A stretch of 38,099 bases of DNA from Escherichia coli. Its GTDB lineage: Bacteria; Pseudomonadota; Gammaproteobacteria; Enterobacterales; Enterobacteriaceae. Positions 1 through 8,537 of the stretch are shown here, piece by piece. Location: NCBI RefSeq assembly GCF_003334335.1, contig NZ_QOWQ01000042.1, one strand, 5' to 3'. Position numbers and translations under genes: made by a program. The notes under the pieces were generated by a model. The model searched no databases and had not been told where the DNA came from. It saw nothing but the letters and a program-made list of their open reading frames with translations. Every line of letters begins with the position of its first letter. Position 1 is the first letter of the stretch.

Positions 1-137
1 GCACCATCACGGTATGCCGTGGTGTGGTTACCTTCTTTTTCGTCAAGAAACTGGTCGAGGATTTCAGGCGCAGAAGCACCTGTGGCAATCATCGCCAGAA
101 CGGCTACCGATAAACCATAGTGGAGTTTCCTGCTCAT
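1..137 (-). CDS. SAR-type endolysin (lysozyme), N-terminal 45 codons; gene runs off the window start
   Basis: Minus-strand ATG at 137..135 gives MSRKLHYGLSVAVLAMIATGASAPEILDQFLDEKEGNHTTAYRDG: a hydrophobic signal-anchor-release segment followed by a lysozyme-like start, 4 nt after the holin stop. Confidence 0.8.
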   Translation of the reverse strand, partial: MSRKLHYGLSVAVLAMIATGASAPEILDQFLDEKEGNHTTAYRDG

Positions 138-141
138 CAGC

Positions 142-357
142 TTACTCTCCCCGCGCAGCTTTGCGCCGGTCTTCTTTAATCTTGAAATACAGATTCGTCA
201 GGTATGTCAGGAACCCCAGACACAGGCTCCCCAAAACCCCGATAGCAGCCCACTGTGACGGAGTAACCTGATCCAACCACTGTAGAAACCAGTAACCCGC
301 ACTGCCCGCAGAAGTACCATAGGCTATGCCCGTTGATATTTTTTCCATCTGATACAT
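142..357 (-). CDS. class II pinholin (phage 21 S21 / EssD-like holin)
   Basis: 71-aa product [30 protein letters not shown]...[13 protein letters not shown] matches the S21 pinholin as recalled, with two TM segments and a charged C-terminus, directly upstream of the SAR endolysin. Confidence 0.85.
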   Translation of the reverse strand: MYQMEKISTGIAYGTSAGSAGYWFLQWLDQVTPSQWAAIGVLGSLCLGFLTYLTNLYFKIKEDRRKAARGE

Positions 358-433
358 ATCCCCGCCCCGACAGACCTGTGCTACCGGAAATAAAAAAGGC
401 CATCAGTGTTTTACTGATGGCCCTGCCCCGCCG

Positions 434-724
434 TTACAGCATTGTGCCCGGTTCGGGTTGTGTGTCTGTCATATCCGTCACCGGTGACTCCGGCTGAATA
501 TCACCATTTTCCGTGGTGACATCTTCCGCCTGTGGTTCCGGAAGCAGTTCCGGGGATGGTTCCGGCTGTGCACCAAGCAATTCATCCAGAATTGAATCCA
601 CTTCTGCATCAAGACGCGCCTCAAGGTTCTGCCGAAGTTGCTGTTTCAGTGCGCTCCGGACTTCTTCAGAGCGCAGGACTTCCTTCACTGCCTCAGCAGT
701 GACCAGCGATTTTATTTCTGACAT
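434..724 (-). CDS. hypothetical acidic protein in the lysis cassette (97 aa from internal Met)
   Basis: ORF 434..898; start placed at MSEIKSLV (cat at 722-724). Charged N-terminus and Pro/Glu-rich C-terminus. No family recognised. Confidence 0.4.
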   Translation of the reverse strand: MSEIKSLVTAEAVKEVLRSEEVRSALKQQLRQNLEARLDAEVDSILDELLGAQPEPSPELLPEPQAEDVTTENGDIQPESPVTDMTDTQPEPGTML

Positions 725-749
725 AGGATTTTCTCGTTGAAAGGGGTTA

Positions 750-944
750 TTAAGAAGGTTGTTCCGGAATGAGTGGGGCTTCTGTTTTTGCTCCGGCTGA
801 CTGAGTGGCGCTGATTTTCTCAGCGGCCCTTTTGTCAATCTGTCTGCGCCAGAAGTCGCGTACTGCCCTGTATCCACCCGAAAGCAGATACAACACACAG
901 ACCACCGTACAGAAGTACAGCATTAACTGGTTGATGAATGTCAT
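750..944 (-). CDS. hypothetical small membrane protein (64 aa)
   Basis: One hydrophobic segment (LMLYFCTVVCVLYLLSGGY) followed by a basic stretch. Sits between the esterase gene and the holin. Weak RBS. Confidence 0.35.
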   Translation of the reverse strand: MTFINQLMLYFCTVVCVLYLLSGGYRAVRDFWRRQIDKRAAEKISATQSAGAKTEAPLIPEQPS

Positions 945-1084
945 GGTTTATTACCGTTACTGTTGACAATGAGAACTGTTTTCATTTAGAAATGATTGAT
1001 GTCGAAAGCATCCTTTCGTTAGATTCTCCATTGGGATTACCTCCGCCAGTCTCCATTCCTGTTGCTGGCGGTTTTTTTCGTCTG

Positions 1085-3058
1085 TTATGCTGCTACGGCA
1101 TTCACACCAACAGTAAGACTTTCAATCAGCACAGGGTAAGTTGCCGCATTTCCGGTAATATCCGTAATTGCCAGCGCGTTGGCCTCAAAGGCTGCATTCG
1201 TCCATCTGGTCAGCGTAAACGGTTTTCCTGCTGCATTATCAAGCACCGGCGTGACGTTCAGCGAGCCACCACCCGGGAAGCGGAAAGTCAGCGTGTGCCA
1301 GTCGTGACCGAACGGACCATAACTACCAAGCCGCTGTGATGTGGTGTTTGCATGATACATCACATTGATGTTTGTTTTATCAGTCTGCAGATAGAAGGCC
1401 GCAATATAACCCTCCTCTGATTCCGCTCCCGGCCATCCACTACCGCGCCAGTAAATACCCGCAGAATATTGATTTGCAGAAGCATTGAGAGATACATCAT
1501 CGGGGATTTTAAAGCGCAGCGTGATTTCACCGCCGTTATCGAACAGCTCCTTCCCCTTACCGGCATCAATTGCGTGCGATACTTTCCAGGTCTTTTTCTG
1601 TGCAAGACCATTTTCTGGTTTTTCAAGACGAAGGGCTTTTTTACCTGAACCACTGTCACTGACCAGCGTGTTTTTGACATCTGTCAGCGTCCAGCCCTGC
1701 GAAGCCAGAGCGGCATTTTCCGCATTCACATCATAAGCCAGCACTGACTGTATCTTTGTCGGGACAACGGCTTCAGGCTGAGTATCGCCACTCTCCTGTG
1801 CTGGTTGCGATACGCCTCCGCCTGAAGAAACCGCGGCTTTTGTCACTTTCCCGGAAACAAAATCTGCCACTCTGCCCACATGCAGAAGAATGGCTGTTGC
1901 CAGACGGTCGGAAATAATTCCGCGACGCGCCCATGAACCAAAGTGGGTTTTACGATCGGATGTTGTCCAGCTCTTCGCATCCGTTCGTCCACCGGAACCA
2001 TAATACCCGATAGCCGGAATATCCGGGTCTTCTGACGGTTCATTGGTCCCGACTTTCTGACCATTGTCATCCATCATAAACGGCACAAAGAAGATATTTT
2101 TACCGGCTTTGGTTTTGTATGCGCCATAGACGGCATCGTATTGCGCTGAATACGTCTCCTTCCAGTAGTACGTCGTGTCACCACAAATCCAGGGCACCAG
2201 AGAAGGAGAAGCACCAGCGCACTGACCGGATACTCCCGCCAGGTCAGAACGGTATTTTTCCACCATGGCATCAAACATGGCGGGCTGACTGGCGTACGCT
2301 CCCTGTTTTAAATCAAACTCGCCCTGCATCCAGACAACACAAAGCAGTATGTTTTTGGGGTTTGCCTTCAGCGCGGCCTGAGTGCGTGTCAGCAGGTCTT
2401 TATACAACGGCTTATCAACGCCCCATCGTTCAGATTTATCCGACGCTCCTGAACTTTCACTGAACGTTCCGTCAGCACCGGCTGTAAACGCAGAGCCACC
2501 ACGACAGCACGGCACTAACAAAATACCCGCATTTTCCGGCATAAAGGGCAACAGCTTTTTGGCAATATGCAATCCCTGTCCGACACACCCATACTGCTCT
2601 GCGCTGGCTTTCGGATGAGAAAAACGGCTCAAATCCTGCACATCATGCAGGCAGTGGTCCGCCGGAATGATGTCGTTATATGCACAGGCCGCACCACCCG
2701 GTGTCACCGTACTGCGACGCGCCAGCTGTTTAATACGCGGGTCCGGACGGTCATATGTCTCCGGCAGCGGCAGGCCTTCACCATACGCCATGCCGTTTGA
2801 CTGTCCGGCCAGCGCAATGACAAAGTAATATTCTGGTTCAACAACAACAGTCCGGGTACCATCTCCCCCCGGTGAAACTACCGGAGAGGTCATATCCCCT
2901 TCAGCGACTATAGCCTGGATAAATTCAGCACCATAACCCGCGTTTGAGATAATCGGACTACCATAGGGTTGCCAGCCTTCCTTCAGTTTTTGCGTCAGTT
3001 TTCCTGCGAGGTCTGACGGCGATGATGCCCTGACCACGTCATAGTGTTTAAATGCCAT
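1085..3058 (-). CDS. nanS-p: NanS-p-like sialate O-acetylesterase (DUF1737 N-terminus plus SGNH-type esterase), prophage cargo
   Basis: 657 aa from MAFKHYDVVRASSPSDLAGKL, with GGAGG 5 nt upstream of the ATG at 3058. The N-terminus matches the DUF1737 signature of the large ORF that lies between the Q region and the lysis genes in Stx-type lambdoid prophages, as recalled. Confidence 0.8.
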   Translation of the reverse strand: MAFKHYDVVRASSPSDLAGKLTQKLKEGWQPYGSPIISNAGYGAEFIQAIVAEGDMTSPVVSPGGDGTRTVVVEPEYYFVIALAGQSNGMAYGEGLPLPETYDRPDPRIKQLARRSTVTPGGAACAYNDIIPADHCLHDVQDLSRFSHPKASAEQYGCVGQGLHIAKKLLPFMPENAGILLVPCCRGGSAFTAGADGTFSESSGASDKSERWGVDKPLYKDLLTRTQAALKANPKNILLCVVWMQGEFDLKQGAYASQPAMFDAMVEKYRSDLAGVSGQCAGASPSLVPWICGDTTYYWKETYSAQYDAVYGAYKTKAGKNIFFVPFMMDDNGQKVGTNEPSEDPDIPAIGYYGSGGRTDAKSWTTSDRKTHFGSWARRGIISDRLATAILLHVGRVADFVSGKVTKAAVSSGGGVSQPAQESGDTQPEAVVPTKIQSVLAYDVNAENAALASQGWTLTDVKNTLVSDSGSGKKALRLEKPENGLAQKKTWKVSHAIDAGKGKELFDNGGEITLRFKIPDDVSLNASANQYSAGIYWRGSGWPGAESEEGYIAAFYLQTDKTNINVMYHANTTSQRLGSYGPFGHDWHTLTFRFPGGGSLNVTPVLDNAAGKPFTLTRWTNAAFEANALAITDITGNAATYPVLIESLTVGVNAVAA

Positions 3059-3259
3059 TATTCCTCCCGGCAGGGATAGTGTATGCAATCAAGATAAGGT
3101 GCGGGCTGACGTCAGTCATGGACAAGGGTTCAGAAACAGGAGGATGACTACAGCCCGCAATACGAAAAAGACCATACAGTTGCGCAGAGTGATTACTATC
3201 AGGTATTATTCGCCAGCTGAAAATTGATCACTTCACGTTTTGTTGTTTATTCCTTGCCA

Positions 3260-3288
3260 CCCGCGCTTCCCGGCGCGGGCTTTTTTTT
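3260..3288 (+). terminator. intrinsic terminator hairpin readable on the plus strand
   Basis: cccgcgc-ttcccg-gcgcggg followed by TTTTTTTT. Back-to-back with the minus-strand terminator at 3301-3320. Confidence 0.45.
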
Positions 3289-3290
3289 AT

Positions 3291-3320
3291 CCAACAAGAA
3301 AGCCCCTCCGGAGAGGGGCT
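3291..3320 (-). terminator. intrinsic terminator in the late leader (copy 1)
   Basis: Perfect 8-bp stem agcccctc/gaggggct with a 4-nt loop; on the minus strand it is followed by TTCTTGTT. Confidence 0.5.
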
Positions 3321-3560
3321 GGAGAGTAGCGCTATGTACCGTTCATGCATGGTGCAGGGTGCCTCCCGGTGAGTTCAGTATCAGCACCTGAACCCGCACC
3401 AGAAAGGATAAGGGGTGTGACCAAACACCTGTCGCTGATATGCCCCTCCGCACAGGGGGATTCACCATGCCATATTTTTTTAACAAACTTCCCGCTGGCC
3501 AGACAATAATCGCCAGCCTGAATTGTGAGTAACGTGGCATTTTACGGGAAAACTGTTTTC

Positions 3561-3590
3561 TGCAGTAAAAAGGCCCGCCGGAGCGAGCCT
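3561..3590 (-). terminator. weaker terminator-like hairpin (partial repeat copy)
   Basis: aggcccgccggagcgagcct is an imperfect version of the 3301/3784 hairpin; followed on the minus strand by TTTTACTG. Confidence 0.3.
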
Positions 3591-3773
3591 GGAAGGATAG
3601 CGGTCATGTGATGCCGGTTTCCCGGTAACTCAGCATCGGTATCTGAGTCAACGTTTTCTCTACTGGGTCATTTCCGATACGTTCCGCCTTCCGGCAGACT
3701 TTCATCACGTCAGAAAATATAGCACCCTGAGTAACAGGACAGTACTCAGAATTCAGGAAACTGTGACACATCC

Positions 3774-3803
3774 TGCACAGAAAAGCCCCTCCGGAGAGGG
3801 GCT
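3774..3803 (-). terminator. intrinsic terminator in the late leader (copy 2)
   Basis: Hairpin agcccctccggagaggggct identical to 3301-3320; followed on the minus strand by TTTCTGTG. Confidence 0.5.
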
Positions 3804-4315
3804 GAAGTATAGCCTAATTTCTGTCTGTCGCATGGTGCCAGGTGCCTCCCGGTAAATTCAGCCTGGCTACTGAATTTGCATGTTCGCTGGATCATACACT
3901 TTGCCAGATGCCCCGCCGCTGAGGGGGATTCACCACGCGATGCAATTTTTAACAAATTCTCCGGCAGCCAGACAATCATCAAGCTGTGGAATTGTGAGGT
4001 ATTTAAAAATTTCGCAGCCTCTTGCCACCCGCTTTTCACAAAAATCGTATGTAGAAGGCCGCAGCGTAACTATCACTGATGAATTCAGGACACCCAGAGG
4101 CTACGGCTCAGTTTGGATTGTGGCGGCCGGAATCGAACCAGCTCCCATCGGTGCGCTGCCGATTACAATACGCGCGGCGATCCGCTACATGACTAGTATT
4201 TTCACAGTCGCCTGTCTGCTAGCTCGCCATTGAGCTTCACCACAACGATAAGAGCACTGCGCACACCTTTCACCAATTCCACGAGGTCTGCGGGTTCAAT
4301 GCTCTTACCTGTTGT

Positions 4316-4348
4316 GCAAACAAAAAGCCCCGACATTTCTGCCGAGGC
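4316..4348 (-). terminator. tR'-like terminator of the short late leader transcript
   Basis: Minus-strand hairpin ggcctcggcag-aaat-gtcggggc followed by TTTTTGTTTG, then TGCACAACAGGTAAGAGCATTGA, which matches the lambda sequence just past tR' as I recall it. Confidence 0.5.
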
Positions 4349-4455
4349 CTTTACCTAATCTAGCCAGTATGCCGATCCTAAATATTATCGACGACCGAGG
4401 TAAATCAGGATTTCTCTTTCGCTTCTCAGTGCGCTTTTGCTCCGAGCATACACAA

Positions 4456-4484
4456 AACATACTACTTTCATTTCTCGAAAGCAA
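4456..4484 (-). promoter_or_regulatory. candidate late promoter (pR' analogue)
   Basis: Minus strand: TTGCTT, 17-bp spacer, TATGTT, about 30 nt after the Q-position gene stop and about 130 nt before the tR'-like terminator. Motif-based only. Confidence 0.3.
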
Positions 4485-4508
4485 CGCATTTACAAAAAAT
4501 ATTTTGCA

Positions 4509-5123
4509 TCATCCAGCAATCACTAGAAGTTCTTTCTCCAATTCTCGCTTCATTGCATAAAACATTTCTGAATCAAGGACCCTCTCGCACCACACGACCC
4601 GCCTCCGGCAATACTGAATATCAACTCCTGTTATCTGAGAAATCATCCTGGCGATATCTTGCGTGCTGTCGCGATTGCAATATCGCCTAATAGCTACATC
4701 ACGGACAGGGCTTTCACGATGAAAGGTCTCAACCATCACACGTTCAACGAAAGCAGCATCATCGGATTCTTTGGCGAGAGCAATGATATTACCTGCCGAT
4801 GACTGAGGGATGACCAGTTCTCGGGCTTTCTGATGGAGTTCATCTCCACGTAGTCCGTCTTCTTCATACAGACGCATGACAACAGACTCAATCTGCTTAG
4901 CTTTGTCATCGCTCCACTGACTGCGAATCATCAGTCGCCCAATAACGTTAATTGCACCACAAGGAGAATCATCACCAGCGTTAACATTTCCCCATACCTG
5001 TAGCATGTAGTGAACCCATGCTTTCTGACGAGAGTTAATGATTTTCTTCGGATGCCTCCATATGCGGCGGAAATGAGCATCATTAATAAAGTTAACCATG
5101 CCGAATACTGGGGTTAGCCGCAT
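4509..5123 (-). CDS. putative late-gene regulator occupying the Q position (204 aa, C-terminal HTH-like segment)
   Basis: Last gene before the late promoter/leader. C-terminal STQDIARMISQITGVDIQYCRRRV resembles a sigma-region-4/LuxR-type HTH. Not similar to lambda Q as recalled, so the call is positional. Confidence 0.4.
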   Translation of the reverse strand: MRLTPVFGMVNFINDAHFRRIWRHPKKIINSRQKAWVHYMLQVWGNVNAGDDSPCGAINVIGRLMIRSQWSDDKAKQIESVVMRLYEEDGLRGDELHQKARELVIPQSSAGNIIALAKESDDAAFVERVMVETFHRESPVRDVAIRRYCNRDSTQDIARMISQITGVDIQYCRRRVVWCERVLDSEMFYAMKRELEKELLVIAG

Positions 5124-5365
5124 CACAGCCCCCATCCTTTACAATGACACCACACTTCAAACATTCGTTTCACAACTTCACGGCAGTAGAAACCGTCAGC
5201 ATCACGTGTCAGGTCATAGCGATCTCCGTGCTTCAGTCTCATATAGCATTCGAATAATCTGTTCATATACTCTTCGCCATGAACTCCGCTATTACGCTGC
5301 TCATGCGCTTTTCCAGACGACCTGAATAAAGCCATGCGTTCAGGCACCTGCTGAATATCACGCAT
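5123..5365 (-). CDS. hypothetical Cys/His-containing small protein (80 aa) coupled to the Q-position gene
   Basis: MRDIQQVPERMALF...CREVVKRMFEVWCHCKGWGL. Its stop overlaps the next start (TGATG) and its start overlaps the ninH stop (ATGCGTGA). Confidence 0.4.
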   Translation of the reverse strand: MRDIQQVPERMALFRSSGKAHEQRNSGVHGEEYMNRLFECYMRLKHGDRYDLTRDADGFYCREVVKRMFEVWCHCKGWGL

Positions 5366-5558
5366 CAGTAGCTTTCCCCTTATCCCATCCACGATGAACC
5401 ATAAGGACACCGTTGACGACGGCGTGCCGTTTGCCTTCTTTATCACCGACATATTTTCTGACCGTAGCACGATTACAGTTCAGTTTTCGTGAAACTTCAG
5501 TCATATTGCCTCGTGCCTGGATAAGCAATTCCGGTATTGTTTGAATTGTGGCGTTCAT
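5358..5558 (-). CDS. ninH: NinH-like protein
   Basis: MNATIQTIPELLIQARGNMTEVSRKLNCNRATVRKYV...VLMVHRGW closely resembles lambda NinH as recalled. Confidence 0.7.
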   Translation of the reverse strand: MNATIQTIPELLIQARGNMTEVSRKLNCNRATVRKYVGDKEGKRHAVVNGVLMVHRGWDKGKATDA

Positions 5559-5917
5559 ATGTTCTCCAGTTCGGTGATTTTTATCCCCACTCTACCGCCA
5601 AGCACTTTCACGCCGCGAATTACGCGAATGTCATCGAATTGCACGTCGTCTTCCGCAAATCCGGCGTGGATAAGAGAGTCGAGTAAACCTTTCAGGATGT
5701 TATCGAGGTCGCGACGGCGGGAATCTGGTGGTTCAGCAATAATTGTGATGCGAAGTCGTGATTTAGTGAAAATGTCTAATCTGAGTTGCCGGATGATTTG
5801 CTGTACGTCTTTTCGGTATTTCTGGCCTTTATCGCTGATGTAGTACTGGCTTCCCCGTCTTCGCCAGTAGGTATTCACCGTCGGCGGCCAGGGAAGCACA
5901 AACTCATATTCATTCAT
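5555..5917 (-). CDS. rusA: RusA Holliday-junction resolvase
   Basis: 120 aa with LPWPP...RRRDLDN, the RusA family signature. Overlapping stop/start with the flanking genes. Confidence 0.85.
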   Translation of the reverse strand: MNEYEFVLPWPPTVNTYWRRRGSQYYISDKGQKYRKDVQQIIRQLRLDIFTKSRLRITIIAEPPDSRRRDLDNILKGLLDSLIHAGFAEDDVQFDDIRVIRGVKVLGGRVGIKITELENI

Positions 5918-6207
5918 GACTTAATCTTCCCCTCCTTCAGCAATATCGCCAGCGTCCTGATCACGCCTTCCAGGTGGTAAAGTCTGGCGTCGTTGTTGTC
6001 GAGAATGCGAGTACGGCGATCGATTTCATTATGGCAGTCACTACAGGCCCATGCAGCCAACAGATCATCTGGCTTTGTTCCCGTTCCGCAAATTCCAGCC
6101 ATTCGGTAATGCGCCAGAACTGTAGTTTCAGGGTTGCCATTGCATACGCCATAAATCCGTACCTGGCATTCTCTGCCGCGCGCTTCTTTGCGTAGGTTTG
6201 TCATCAT
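5914..6207 (-). CDS. DUF1364 (YbcO-like) zinc-binding protein
   Basis: MMTNLRKEARGRECQVRIYGVCNGNPETTVLAH...CSDCHNEIDRR resembles the DLP12 YbcO family. Start set at the Met with GAGGA upstream. Confidence 0.65.
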   Translation of the reverse strand: MMTNLRKEARGRECQVRIYGVCNGNPETTVLAHYRMAGICGTGTKPDDLLAAWACSDCHNEIDRRTRILDNNDARLYHLEGVIRTLAILLKEGKIKS

Positions 6208-6227
6208 CTTATTCCTCATGCAGTAGG

Positions 6228-6419
6228 CTATCCGGAGTGACAATTAAATCTTGCTCGACGCCTTAGCCACCGGATATCCCACAGGTGAGCCGTATAGTTG
6301 AAGGTTTTAACATCAGATTCTTTGGGGACTGGCCTGGGTTTATTTCGGGAGCGTTTGGTTGGAAGGTAATTGCAGTTTTCACAGACGATATCGGTGATGC
6401 TTCGTCGCTGTCGTCTCAT
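6228..6419 (-). CDS. ninE: NinE-like protein
   Basis: [57 protein letters not shown] resembles lambda NinE as recalled. Confidence 0.65.
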   Translation of the reverse strand: MRRQRRSITDIVCENCNYLPTKRSRNKPRPVPKESDVKTFNYTAHLWDIRWLRRRARFNCHSG

Positions 6420-6826
6420 TCGTACCTCCTGTCGGTAAATCTGACACCCTGATCCACGGCCCAGGATGTTGTGTACTCAATCAGGCTTGCCATACGCTTC
6501 ACGCTCATTTGCGCACTGCTTTCGCGGATATTGACGTATTCACCTTCAAGACCTGGCAAAACATCAGCTTCCTGTTTTGTCGCCACGGCATGACCGCTTA
6601 TTAACAAAACTTTCCACTGTTCTGGTTTTAGCCACCTGCCGCACCACTTAACCTGGCGGGATATATCAGCGACCATCGCGTGAAATTTTGCATTTTGAGC
6701 GAGATTACGCTTGTAATCGGTGATACGGATCGTAACGGGTTTGTCTTTATCGAGAGTTGTTGCAAGGATGGCGTTAATGGCGAATTGTTGCTGCTGCTTA
6801 CTTCGGAGGAAGATAGTCTGGTTCAT
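6416..6826 (-). CDS. ninB: NinB recombination protein
   Basis: 136 aa. [11 protein letters not shown]...[27 protein letters not shown] matches the NinB/Orf family pattern. Confidence 0.8.
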   Translation of the reverse strand: MNQTIFLRSKQQQQFAINAILATTLDKDKPVTIRITDYKRNLAQNAKFHAMVADISRQVKWCGRWLKPEQWKVLLISGHAVATKQEADVLPGLEGEYVNIRESSAQMSVKRMASLIEYTTSWAVDQGVRFTDRRYE

Positions 6827-6880
6827 TATTCCCTCTCACTGGATTTTCCCAACAAAAAAGGAGCCGAAGCTCCTTTAGTT

Positions 6881-7555
6881 TCAGAATTCAAATTGTCTTG
6901 CCCGCAGGCTTTTCAGCATTGGCATGGCCCGCTGGATAACGGAACTTGACATGTCGAGACGTGTTACCTCCCTTAGTAGCGCGTCTCTGTTCTTCGTCAC
7001 CATGTAGATGGTCTCAAACGCAATGTCATACAGCTTGTTCGTGTATGAGGAGTTCAGCTCTTTCATAATGGGATACAGGTGTTTGCTGAGGTCCTGGGCT
7101 TTTTCCATCCAGAGCTGCATGTAGCAAAGGAGGATGATTTCTTCGGCTGTGAATTGTGGCTGAATCTGCGGCTGCTGTTCGGTTGGTGCTGTTTTTCCCT
7201 GGCTGAAATAGCAGTCTTCCAGTTTTTCGAACACTTCCCACGCCTGATCGGTTTCTAGCATTTTTGCGTGGCGGGCTGCGCCTCGTTCTGTCCAGAGGAT
7301 GAGCGAGCGGGTTTTGGGAGAGATTTTCACCTCATTTTGCGACTCGTTTAAAACTAGTCGCAAATTTCTGAGTTCATCACCAACAGCTTTAAAGAAGTGC
7401 TTTCCCTCAATAAACCGAGATTTATTTTCATGGTGATTCTGCTGTATACGGATTGTTTCTGTTCCATAAAGGCGGGCAAGCAACTCAGTTGTGATTACCG
7501 GAATCTGGTTATAGGTAACAGGGGAAAGGTTTTTGACAGAGATTTGAACAGTCAT
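6881..7555 (-). CDS. ORF6N-domain protein (antirepressor-like DNA-binding N-terminus, unknown C-terminus)
   Basis: N-terminus contains NHHENKSRFIEGKHFF and ILWTERGAARHAKMLETDQAWEVFEKL, hallmarks of the ORF6N/KilA-N-type fold. GAGGT RBS upstream of the ATG. Confidence 0.6.
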   Translation of the reverse strand: MTVQISVKNLSPVTYNQIPVITTELLARLYGTETIRIQQNHHENKSRFIEGKHFFKAVGDELRNLRLVLNESQNEVKISPKTRSLILWTERGAARHAKMLETDQAWEVFEKLEDCYFSQGKTAPTEQQPQIQPQFTAEEIILLCYMQLWMEKAQDLSKHLYPIMKELNSSYTNKLYDIAFETIYMVTKNRDALLREVTRLDMSSSVIQRAMPMLKSLRARQFEF

Positions 7556-7716
7556 AACGACCTCGCGTTTCGATAATTTTTACCTCACCACCTTCAGGTG
7601 CTAATCATAGTGGTGGCGAACTGTGCGGGGTTAGCACTACCGGTCGAAACATCCGGCGAGCCTTTCGGCTCCCCCACACAGCCCGCCATAAATCGCGAAT
7701 GTGACTGTGCTTAGCG

Positions 7717-7740
7717 CATAAAAAAACCGCCAGCGCGGTT
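7717..7740 (-). terminator. intrinsic terminator on the early-right strand
   Basis: Minus strand: aaccgcgctggcggtt followed by TTTTTTT, between the cargo island and the ORF6N gene. Confidence 0.45.
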
Positions 7741-7820
7741 ATGCACCGTTTCGATATCCGGGGTGCTAATCCCGACGCCAGATTTTGCTGGCGTGCGAAG
7801 AATATAATCCCGGATATGTG

Positions 7821-7849
7821 TTGTCGTCAACATACCTTGAATGTATATA
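7821..7849 (+). promoter_or_regulatory. candidate sigma70 promoter of the toxin-antitoxin operon
   Basis: TTGTCG, 17 bp, TATATA, ending 12 nt before the toxin ATG (very short leader). Motif-based only. Confidence 0.3.
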
Positions 7850-7860
7850 ACAAATTTGTT

Positions 7861-8202
7861 ATGTTTACTCTCATAAACTACATTATCGAATACTACAGTG
7901 ACGAGGTTGAAGCTGAGATCCTTTCTCTTCCTGAGACCTTACAAGCCCGGTACATTCGGTACACGGAGAAAATGCGTATTTACGGAGCTAATCTTGGTTC
8001 CCCGCATACAGAGGCATTTGGCGACGGTTTGTTTGAAATCCGCCTTAAGGGCTCGGAAGGCATAGGGCGTGTTTTTTACTGCACGCTAAAAGGAAAGCGA
8101 ATCATTATGTTGCATAGCTTTGTAAAGAAAACGCAAAAAACTCCACCTGCCGAGCTTAGAAAAGCTGAAACCAGAATGAAGGAGGTTAAGCATGACTGGT
8201 AA
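7861..8202 (+). CDS. gp49-like RelE/HigB-family toxin (DUF891-type)
   Basis: 113 aa with GDGLFEIRLKGSEGIGRVFYCTLKGKRIIMLHSFVKKTQKTPPAELRKAE, the gp49/HigB-like motif. Overlaps the downstream HTH gene by 11 nt. Confidence 0.7.
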   Translation: MFTLINYIIEYYSDEVEAEILSLPETLQARYIRYTEKMRIYGANLGSPHTEAFGDGLFEIRLKGSEGIGRVFYCTLKGKRIIMLHSFVKKTQKTPPAELRKAETRMKEVKHDW

Positions 8203-8500
8203 ACGTACCCCACCTACCATGACACACGATGAAATGGTAGAAAAAATGTTGTCTAACCCCGCAGTAAAAGCAGAATACGACGCCATCGCCGATGAATTCG
8301 CACTACTTGATGAAATGCTGGCAGCACGAAAAGAAGCTGGCTTAACCCAGGCTGAAGTTGCTGAACGTATGGGAACAAAAGCGACTGCGATAACCAGAAT
8401 GGAAAGCAATCTTGCATCAGGTACAAGCGGCCCATCATTTGCCACACTGAAAAAATTCGCCCGTGCTACAGGGAAAAAACTCCAGATCCGCTTCGTTTAA
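8192..8500 (+). CDS. XRE-family HTH antitoxin (HigA/gp48-like)
   Basis: 102 aa; EAGLTQAEVAERMGTKATAITRMES is an XRE-type HTH. Toxin-first gene order with overlap. Confidence 0.7.
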   Translation: MTGKRTPPTMTHDEMVEKMLSNPAVKAEYDAIADEFALLDEMLAARKEAGLTQAEVAERMGTKATAITRMESNLASGTSGPSFATLKKFARATGKKLQIRFV

Positions 8501-8512
8501 CTCTCCACTACC

Positions 8513-8537
8513 GCGCCGTCATTCTGGCGGCGCTTTA
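8513..8537 (+). terminator. weak terminator-like hairpin after the antitoxin
   Basis: gcgccg-tcattctgg-cggcgc followed by TTTA; the T-run is poor. Confidence 0.25.

Larger units (their letters stand above)
3298..4030. repeat. tandem imperfect copies of a ~250-bp late-leader segment
   Basis: Blocks starting at 3298 and 3781 share the hairpin, catggtgc(c)agg(g)tgcctcccggt, gggggattcacc and atttttaacaaa..ccagacaat motifs at roughly 75-80% identity by eye. A partial third copy starts at 3571. Confidence 0.6.

Noticed and set aside
14-1339. Plus-strand ORFs 14..271, 513..740, 938..1339 opposite the lysis and esterase genes
   Set aside because: Antisense to well-supported minus-strand genes, compositionally odd (Ser/Arg/Cys-rich), no RBS. 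Spurious.
4110-4200. tRNA-like 3' end on the minus strand (GCTGGTTCGATTCCGGCCGCCA)
   Set aside because: No complete cloverleaf can be drawn: the acceptor stem has a mismatch and there are no proper D or anticodon arms. The surrounding minus-strand sequence instead matches the lambda late-leader region as recalled. Treated as leader DNA, not a tRNA gene.
3343-4233. ORFs 3343..3540(-), 3746..4039(-), 3876..4079(+), 3880..4233(+) in the late leader
   Set aside because: They lie inside the repeated, hairpin-rich leader, have no convincing RBS, and duplicate each other because of the DNA repeat. Most likely non-coding.
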